Positions 54,461-64,000 of a stretch of 64,000 nucleotides of DNA are shown piece by piece (positions within the stretch are counted from its first letter, which is position 1; each line of letters opens with the position of its first letter). This DNA comes from Octopus sinensis (taxonomy: Eukaryota). Under the pieces are notes generated by a model that saw only the letters and a list, made by a program, of their open reading frames with translations, ran no database searches and was not told where the DNA came from. Position numbers and translations under genes: made by a program. The stretch spans positions 57,102,001 to 57,166,000 of the forward strand of contig NC_043008.1 of assembly GCF_006345805.1 (NCBI RefSeq), read 5' to 3'.

Positions 54461-54625
54461 CTCATTACCCTCCGACATTACAGAATATAGACTTATTGAA
54501 GTGCATGTTAAGCGTAAGTATATCAATTTATGTGTACTGACCGGTTGCTATATACACACACATTCATTCATACATAAACATACATATGTATACGTGTGTG
54601 TGTGTCTGTGTGTGTATGTATGTGC

Positions 54626-54663
<38 letters not shown>

Positions 54664-55446
54664 TATAATTTAGGGTATCTACGAGATACCGCCATGCTGA
54701 AAATAGCAGCCAAAATCTGACTCTAGAACCACATTTAATGTGCACACAGCACAAGGAGAGAAGACAAAAAGATGATGAGGCAAAGCATTTCTAAATGCAA
54801 AATCAGAAATCCGGGATCTGGAATTATCCAGTAATTTTTTACTAGTTTTATTTTGTCTATTTGTCTTCTCTCCTTGTGCTGTATGAATATTTGTTACTTT
54901 TGAAGGTTTTTATTTCCATATATATTACTGGTAATCTTGGTTCGACCTGCCACTAGATACTAATCATACGAATAAAAGTATTTGTATTGCACGAGCGTTT
55001 TTCACTACAATCCAATGACGTACAGATATTTCTTTATGGCCACCACATTTATTATTCCATCTACTGTAAGTCCTTTGACTATGAAAGTGTATCAACAAGT
55101 AAAGACCTAACCAGTTGACTATGTATATGTACAGCGGGAATAGTTGTCTGAGAGTTGTTGGATGGAATGACAGAAACGTTATCGCCAACGACGAACTGCA
55201 AGGAGACGATAATCATCTATGAAATTGTGATAATCATTATCAGACGCACAGACCTATACAGGCACACATCCACACACTTACACATTCTCACATACACACA
55301 TACGCACGCGCACGTCGTTTTCGGATCACCAATACTTTATTATCGCCCCTTCTTTCTACCTCTCCTATCAAATCTTTGTTTTTTTCCAAACAGCTAATAT
55401 GCTTGACTCCTAAATCCATTAGTTTCTTTATATTCTCTCTCTGTTT

Positions 55447-56000
55447 AAGGCGGTGAACTGGCAGAAACGGTAGCACACCGAGCGAAGTGCTTAGCGGTAT
55501 TTCGTCTGTCTTTACGTTCTCAGTTCAGATTCCGCTGAGATCAACTTTGCTTTTCATCCTTCCGGGGTCGATTAAATAAGTACCAGTTACGCACTGGGGT
55601 CGATATCATCGATTTAATCCGTTTGTCTGTCCTTGTTTGTCCCCTCTTTGTGTAGCCCCTTGTGGGCAGTAAAGAAATAAGAAACGTTAGCATGCCGTGC
55701 GAAGTGCTTAGCGGTATTTCGTCTGACTTTACGTTCTGAGTTCAAATTCCGCTGAGGTAGACTTTGCTTTTCATCCTTTTGGTGTCGATAAATTAAGTAC
55801 CAGTTGCATACTGGGGTTGATCTAATCGACTGGCCCCCTCCCCCAAAACTTCAGGCCTTGTGCTTAGAGAAGAAAAGATTTTCTCTATATATTTTCTCTT
55901 TTCCTTTCTTGTTAAAGAGCGTAGGCTTAAAAGACTTTCTCACTTTCCCGAGCGTCAAACTAATACACCTATCTTCATCTTTTGTTTATCTGTAAATTTC
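55447..56000 (+). mobile_element. S2 SINE dimer (55447-55878) followed by a degenerate family E pLTR (55890-56000)
   Basis: Junction AAAGAAATA|AGAAACGTTAGC; hammerhead remnant CCTTT-CTTGTTAA-AGAGC-GTAG-GCTT with GAAAC deleted. Confidence 0.8.
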
Positions 56001-56778
56001 AGGGAGAATGATAATAGATTCTGACATCTGCTTAAACAAATAACCTTTATTTATGGTTACGCAATCAATATTCATTTGTAGCAAAGTATTTTTATATCAT
56101 TTTAATATAAAGACATAAAGAAATAACTCCTCTTTATGAATATTCCTCAACTATTCTTAATATTGCACCCAAGGAATTTATTATGTATTATTCACGCAAA
56201 ATGAATAATTAAATTCTAATCTATTCAGTTATTACACACACTACGCTCGCGCAAAAACAAAAACACACGCACATACACACGCGTATATAAATTTATGCAT
56301 ACGTATACACACACATATATACGACGTGATTCTACATATTTTCCGTCAGCAAACTTCACACGTAAGGCACAAAAGGCGCTGGTTACTCTTATGGTGTAGT
56401 AGAAAACATTTACCCAAAGTGTCGCGCAGTAGGACTGCACCCGAAACCACGTGGTTGCCATGGTTAATGTATTTAGGGTACCATCAAGAATGCTGTCTTT
56501 TTAATAAGTTTCTTTTCGTTTCTATATCACGAATACCAGTTGTTACCCAGCAGCGTGGGACGAACAAGAACATAAAAACCACGCGAACACACACACGTGC
56601 GCATATATAAGTATATAGGCGTGTGCGTGGCTGTATGGCAAGAAGCTTACTTCACAAACATATGGTTCCGGCTTCAGTCACACTGCTGGGCACCTCGGGC
56701 AAATGTCTTCTATTATAACCTCGGGCCGACCAAAGCCTTGTGAGTGGACATGGTAGACGGAAACTGAAGGAAGCCCGT

Positions 56779-56816
<38 letters not shown>

Positions 56817-56817
<1 letters not shown>

Positions 56818-57125
56818 CAGCTCTCGAAAGAGCTGTTCTTCACTCCCGCTCCAGAGCGTGGGCTGCGGGGTCACTCCGAAAAGCTCTATCTGCGACGATT
56901 TCATCTCAATCGAAGGAGAGGGTTTTTCTCCATCTGGGTTGTGGAACCGTGGAATAAGCTGCCGGACGAGATAGTGAAGATGCCGTCGAGCGCTCGGTTC
57001 AAAGTCTCTCTTGACCACAAATGGCCTGAACACCTTGTATGACCACCCTCCCTGTACATAACTCCCTGATCCCCTACATGGCCTTGCTTTTGCTTTTTGG
57101 CCAATAAAATTGAATTGAATTGAAT
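56817..57125 (+). mobile_element. CR1 LINE 3' end with (AATTG)n tail
   Basis: GLRGHSEKLYLRRFHLNRRRGFFSIWVVEPWNKLPDEIVKMPSSARFKVSLD: typical CR1 ORF2 C-terminus. Confidence 0.9.
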
Positions 57126-57225
57126 ATATATATATATATGCATTTATATATATATATATATATATATATATGCATATATCTATATAAATGCACATATATA
57201 TATATGCCACACACACATATATATA

Positions 57226-57271
<46 letters not shown>

Positions 57272-57608
57272 TATATATATATATATATTTAACAATTAAG
57301 GATAACTTCTTAATAAGGAATCTTAACAAGAAATTATCAGGTACTAGCGAGAAAACCTCATAAGAGAAAAAAATTCGAAAATAATTTTTTTCTCTATTGA
57401 ACATATTATTTATATTATATAGAGGGCATTATTACCCATAAATGCCTCACACTAAGAGGGACATAAGTCATTTCTACCCAAAATTTCACTAATCATACCC
57501 ATGCAGTTTTTCAAAGCAAGAACATTTAAAAAATGAATTTAGTCCTATATATGAATTTAGTCCTATATATATATATATATATATAATATATTATATATAT
57601 ATATATAT

Positions 57609-57653
<45 letters not shown>

Positions 57654-57711
57654 CATATATACGTATATAGGCTCGTGTGTGGATGTATGGCAATAGGTGT
57701 AGGCATGACTA

Positions 57712-57919
57712 TGTGGTTAACACCTACATTCAGCCTTCTCTCTCACTCTTTTGCTTCTCTTTTTCCCGGCGGCACGTTGTGTCCTCGGGCAAGATACTTT
57801 ATTTAACGTTGTTCCAGTCCGCTGAGCTGGCAAAAATGAATAACACCTATATTTCAAAAAGGCCAGCCTTTGCAAAAGAACATCGCAGATAAGACTGTGG
57901 AGTCAGGCATTTCCCTGAC

Positions 57920-57950
<31 letters not shown>

Positions 57951-58350
57951 CAGCCTTGTCACATTCTGTATCATGATGAGTCTCCCTGAGAATTGCGTCA
58001 AGGGTATGAGTGTCTGTAAGGCGGCGAGCTGGCAGAAACGTTAGCACGCCGGGTGAAATGCTTAGCCGTATTTCGTCTGCCGTTACGTTCTGAGTTCAAA
58101 TTCCGCCGAGGTCGACTTTGCCTTTCATCCTTTCGGGGTCGATAAATTAAGTACCAGTTACGCACTGTGGTCGATATAATCGACTTCATCCGTTTGTCTT
58201 CCCTTGTTTGTCCTCTCTGTGTTTACCCCCTTGTGGGTAGTAAAGAAATAGGTATGAGTGTCTGTGGAGTGCTCAGCCACTTGCGCGTTAATTTCACGAG
58301 CAAGCTGTTCCATTGATTGGATCAATTGGAGCCCTCGTCTTCGTAACCGA
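57712..58350 (+). mobile_element. H2/T1 SINE with nested full S2 SINE (58018-58250) and 15-bp TSD
   Basis: TSD GGTATGAGTGTCTGT at 58003-58017 and 58251-58265. Confidence 0.9.
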
Positions 58351-58360
58351 CGGAGTGCCA

Positions 58361-58408
<48 letters not shown>

Positions 58409-60002
58409 CCTTTCTGTTTCCCTATGTGTAAGTGTGTTTGTATTGTATGTCAGTCTCACCAACCTTTTCTAACAGAAGTAGATTTTGCCACGCAAAGCAA
58501 GAGATACGATCAAAAGCATTACAGTAACCCCAGGAATTATGACCTCCTTCTCATAGGATCAAACTACCAACTACGGATCAGATGAAGGTTTGTTTGTCAA
58601 TTGTCTTGTCTTGTCAATTGGTCTAAACATATCGAACCTTCGATCTTAAATCTGCTACCCCAACCACATTACCGCGTTGGTCAGGTCAGATCAGCTGCTA
58701 ATGTGATGCAGCAATTAACAAAATGATAAACTACGTCTTATATAACCGACTTTTTTAATGTGTCTAGATATTCTCTAGAGTGACTGCAACGAAGCGGCGA
58801 ACCTTTTTGTGGCGTGATAAAAAAATTGACAGAGAAATGGTACGTAATAAATTGATATGTATGTAAAAGAAAAAAATAAAGGAAAAGAAAAAAGTGATAT
58901 ATCGAAATCGTTAAATATTTACACGGTCCAATGAATTTGCATAGTTTGAAAGCGAAGTCTTGATCATTCCGAATAAATGTAGCATAGGTTGTATCGTATC
59001 TGTATAACAAAGGAATTTCTTACATTGGAGAGCGGTCATAATCACTTGAGCATACTGGATGATGTCTATGAATAGATGTGGATTATCAGGCGGCCGAGTA
59101 TTGAGCAAGTGAAGCAGAGTGAAGATACGATGGAAATTCAAAAGCGGAATAATAAAATTCAATGCGTTTCTCTCCCGGACCATCATTTCTTTTAACCCAC
59201 TTTCACTCCCACTCCCTCTTACACACACACACACATACACACACACACACAACACTTTCTCACTCTCCTCTCTTCCTCTCCGTCTCTTTCTCTCTCCTTG
59301 TCTTTTGATATCTTTTCGTCCCTTCCTCACAATGGCTCACTTTTGCTCTTCCTATTTCTCTGTCTTTATGTCTTTAGATATATGTAATATATATAATATA
59401 TCTATTATATATATAATATATATATATAATATATTATATATATATATATAATATATGAATATAAATGTATATATACATGTAAATATAGACAGACACCTAT
59501 GCATTTATATAAATAGATGGATATATAACACACATCACGTATACAAACATAGAAGCATGCAAAACCACACAACACATAAACACGTGAAAATACATACACT
59601 CATACACACATATAATTGTATTTTATTAATGGAAATTATTATCGTAATGGTTTAAGTCATCGAACTTCGGCTATGTGTGTATGTATGTGATGTACAGAAA
59701 AGTTGACAGAGATTTTGATGCATATAGCGTGTTCAATTTTCTTCATATTACAAGTTCTCCAGAATTTGTTATATACGTGAGCTTAAAACGTAATTTGTGG
59801 GTAGTGAATGCGAGTCTGGAGGAATTTACTCAGCAGTGGATTGTATTGACCAGAATAAAATATTTCTTAAACATTTGAATGGATCGACAATGATAAATTG
59901 GAGCTAAAGTGTTTAAATAGATATTATAAAATATAAATAAAAAATATCTCGACAACTTATGACTAATTCTCATTTTTATTTTCATTTTTAATACATACAT
60001 AT

Positions 60003-60705
60003 ATATTTCTTTATTACCCACAGGAGGCTAAACATAAAGGGAAAAAAACAAGGATAGACAAGTGGATTAAGTCGATTTCATCGACCCAGTGCGTAACTGG
60101 TACTTATTTAATCGACCCCGAAAGGATGAAAGGCAAAGTTGACCTCGGCGGAATTTGAACTCAGAATGTAACGGCAGACGAAATACCTATTTCTTTACTA
60201 CCCACAAGGGGCTAAACACAGAGAGGACAAACAAGGACAGACAAACGGATTACGTCGATTATATCGACCCCAGTGCGTAACTGGTATTATTTAATCGACC
60301 CCGAAAGGATGGAAGGCAAAGTTGACCTCGGCAGAATTTGAACTCAGAACGTAACGGCAGACGAAATACCTATTTCTTTACTACCCACAAGGGGCTAAAC
60401 ACAGAGAGGACAAACAAGGACAGACAAACGGATTAAGTCGATTATATCGACCCCAGTGCGTAACTGGTACTTATTTAATCGACCCCGAAAGGGTGAAAGG
60501 CAAAGTCAACCTCGGCGGAATTTGAACTCAGGACGTAGCGGCAGACGAAACACCGCTAAGCATTTCACCTGGCATGCTAATGATTCTTATTTCATTATTG
60601 CCCACAAGGGGCTAAACATAGAGGGGACAAACAAAGACAGACAAAGGGATTAAACCGATCGCATCGACCCCATTGCGTAACTGGTACTTAATTTATCGTC
60701 CCCGA
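60003..60705 (-). mobile_element. S2 SINE tandem array, ~183-bp head-truncated monomers
   Basis: Units begin near 60003, 60188, 60370 and 60587; a further S2 copy at 61225-61385(+). Confidence 0.9.
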
Positions 60706-60711
60706 ATTAGA

Positions 60712-60860
60712 TTTCTCTCCTTGTTTTCTGTGTCCCTTTCTGTGGAAGAACGTAGGCTCGAAACGTTAAAGACTTTTACACTTCCCGAGCGTTATACTAA
60801 TACTTCTCTTTGTTGTCTACACCCCCTGTCTTCGTCTTTCGTTTATTTGTGAATTCTCCC
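60712..60860 (+). mobile_element. Penelope-like family E pLTR with A6U hammerhead-like motif (60734-60773)
   Basis: CCCTTT-CTGTGGA-A-GAAC-GTAG-GCTC-GAAAC-GTT^AAAGAC. Confidence 0.65.
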
Positions 60861-60967
60861 TATGTGTGTATGTATGTAGTATGTATGTGTGTGTGTACGT
60901 ACGTACGTATTTACGTATGTATGTATGTATATATGTATGTATATATGTATGTATATATGTATTTATG

Positions 60968-61001
<34 letters not shown>

Positions 61002-62519
61002 TGTATGTATGTATGTATGTATGGGCACGGAAGAGCCAATGTCACCAAATGACCAATGATTTTACTCTAATTTAGGAATCTCAGTTTCAATGAAGGATAC
61101 AGTATTTATATATTTTGGTGGTTGTGTGTGGCATGAAACTGGTCTGTAGTCATAGGAGAGTGTCTCTGTTTTATTTACATTTTCAATGTATTTTTTAATG
61201 TATTTTAATGTATTTTTAAATCTTAAGTTCAAATTCCGCCGAGGTAGACTTTGTCTTTCAATCTTTCGAGGTCGATGAATTAAGTACCAGTTACGCACTG
61301 GGGTCGATGTAATCGACTTAACACCCTTTGTCTGTCCTTGTTTGTCCCCACTATGTTTAGCCCCTTGTGGGCAATAAAGAAATAGGAAATAGGAGTGGGT
61401 AATTCATGTCATCACACAAGTGAATCCTCATCAAGGAAGGATAGAAATCCACTATATGTGTTTGCGTTTGTGTGTATGTGTGTGCGTGTGTACGTGCGTA
61501 TGTATATGTGTATGTCTGTGTGTACGTGGTTTACTCGTCCTGTGAAATGCAAAGATTTATTTATTCGATCAAGAAACTAACCGCCCTCAACAAGGTAGGT
61601 AAACGTGTTCAAACTGTAATAATCCTGACTGCTTGTGTAATCAGGATCTACGTTTCCTAATGTGACCCTTCTTTATTTAAATTCGTTGGATGTGATATGA
61701 GTTGAGGGAAGAAATTTGGTTGCCGTTCTCAGCGGGTCATACTTCACACTTTGACCCACTTAGATATGTGTGAATTATGAGTGAAAATCCTATACAAAAG
61801 TGTCCATATTTGTTGACTCATAAACATATTTGCATCGCTGCACAAAGCCTTTTTTTATTTTATTTATTTGTCTGCTTTGTGTTCTTGTCTGTGTTCCGTT
61901 ATTTGAACACTGTCTCATCCCCCCCTTACGTATGCAGTGTTTGTGTACATAAATAGCTGACGTTGAAATCATAAACCAATGAAAGCCATCGACCTATAAT
62001 ATACACGGCTTTCGCCGACCATCAAACGGATAACTTTAATCGAGATTTCTGAATTACATCTTGACAATGTAGAACAGATAGAGCGAAGAGGCGTTTCAAA
62101 ATACAGGACCTTTGATGTATGTTCATTGAAATACATTAGACGATGATATATTATTAACAAACTACTTGAATTCTACCAGGTTTTGATCGATAATAGTAAA
62201 AAGGTTTGGTTAATATATTATATATTTAGACAGAGAATCTGCGGTAGCTTTAACTGGCGCTGGTGTTCTGTAATGAAACTTAAATGAAATCAGTCTGTCA
62301 ATAAAGTAGACAGTATATGTATATTATATTGATGTCTCACAGGTTCCTTTCAAAGTGTGATGCTTTACAAATGGCGAGATCAAATGTTTTGGTAAAACAT
62401 GACAGAAGATAAATTGAATGAGGTGTATTGTTTGAAGCAGCGCGACAATCCTATTAAAATACATATTTACGCACGCATTCACATATTAATATGCACAGGT
62501 GTATACACACATACACACA

Positions 62520-62908
62520 CATATCTCTCTATATATAAACGGCAGTTTGTCTGTGCGTGTTTCTGTGTGTCTGTTTTCTTGTACCCTCACCCTGACCACG
62601 GCTTTCAACCGATTCTGATGAGACTTGACACACACATAGCCCAATGTCATAATTCAAAACTAACGTAGCGAAAATTTTGAAAAGTTCCCCCAGTTCTGAA
62701 AAAAATCGATAAATTCGACATGGGGTCGAGAATCAGAAAAACAAAAACCGCAAACTGTCTAGGGGGCGCAACTCCACCTTTTTTTACTCTCAAAAAAAAT
62801 TTACCATCATTTTTCCCATTTTTTTGATATTTTGGCTATAACTCTCTAAAAAATGCTTTATAGTTATTTCCCTTACAAACCTGAGCAACGCCGGGCGATA
62901 CTGCTAGT
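62520..62908 (-). mobile_element. HINE-like element, subfamily with a different body
   Basis: Shares the 5' end CTAGCAGTATCGCCCGGCGTTGCTC and a TATATAGAGAGAT-type 3' end; interior unrelated to 34179-34575. Confidence 0.75.
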
Positions 62909-63280
62909 TATATATATATATATGAGTATGTGTGCGTGTGTGTATGTATGTATATATGTGTATATATATATATACATATATGTGTTGTATATATATATAT
63001 ATACTTGCATACATTTATTCATACATCATATAAATATATATTAATATATATATATCTATATATATATATATACATGCATACATTTATTCAAACATCATAT
63101 ATATAATATATATATATATGCGTTTTACTTCCGGTATTAGAGTATTATTTTTCCTACCATTGATGTGGTTACTCTGGTGTACCCCTCTCCTTTTCAAGAT
63201 AGTTCGAACAAGTAGGAAGCATGATATTCACATACTTCAATAATAAAGTATATATCCATATACACATACATACAGACACA

Positions 63281-63365
<85 letters not shown>

Positions 63366-63366
<1 letters not shown>

Positions 63367-63604
63367 TGATAGAAATGGTAAGACAACAAAAGAATGAAAG
63401 AGACCTCGATATTATGTAAATAGAGGAATTTATCTGTAAATGTAATATGTGACAATTATTCGGTAGCCATGATAAAACTCCGAGTTTCAGATGTCGGGGT
63501 GGAAATCCAGGCCATCAGCATTTTTCCGATGGCCGTCTGAATTTCTGAAACTCGGAGTTTTATCATGGCTACCGAATAATTGTCACATATTACATTTACA
63601 GATA
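63366..63604. mobile_element. pLTR-like family D with a perfect 61-bp fold-back (63431-63491 / 63544-63604)
   Basis: Perfect inverted arms, 52-nt spacer, GAAACTC motif at the inner end of each arm, TA tracts on both sides. Confidence 0.65.
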
Positions 63605-64000
63605 TATATATATAATCAAACATTCGTACATGAGGTGTCTGTGTGTTGTTAGTTGGTCGGGCGGCTGCCTTTATTTAGGCGTAAGAGAATATATTCTCAA
63701 TGCCCATGGTGTTATAACACCCGAAGGCAATTCACAGCCGAATGAGACAACTCGCATCGATGTATACCTATTCATGTATGCATGTATCTATGCATATATA
63801 TTCCTCAAGATCAACCAAGTTACATATACGAAAATAATAAACAATTAATGTATATATTTATACATTCTTATACAATCTCTGAGTGCTTCCGGTAACTTAA
63901 ATGCTCGAAATACCTGGTTTTAAATTCATCACCAGATAACTAACCTATTCATGGATTTATTTATTTTATTACCCACAAGGGGCTAAATACAAAATAATCC

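Noticed and set aside
48585-60705. Regular repeat arrays resembling CRISPR
   Set aside because: Units are long SINE monomers with no unique spacers; eukaryotic context and no cas genes

Overview
Repeat-dense, AT-rich eukaryotic DNA. The SINE families and (TA)n/(CA)n load look octopus-like; this is my recognition of the repeats, not a database result. No intact host gene is supportable: most track ORFs are microsatellite or SINE read-through, and only a few isolated micro-exon candidates exist. Recognisable coding remnants are all transposon-derived: a full-length decayed Tc1-like element with DD36E spacing (30075-31277), a maT-like Tc1/mariner fragment, a Penelope GIY-YIG endonuclease ORF (52025-52537), and RTE, CR1-type, R4/Dong-like and possible L1/Tx1 LINE pieces. 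There are also MITEs, Helitron-like non-autonomous elements and a ~140 bp 28S rRNA fragment. The most notable signal is a set of non-coding Penelope-like (pLTR/retrozyme-like) families carrying minimal type I hammerhead ribozyme folds: one with an intact core, one with a compensatory U3-A8 core and one family with A6U. Their 3' ends abut (TA)n. They account for most long inverted repeats here, in head-to-head fold-back geometry wherever orientation can be assigned, and one fold-back has captured a tRNA-SINE. A second pattern is a SINE that may target GGT sites, including one inside itself, and builds tandem arrays.
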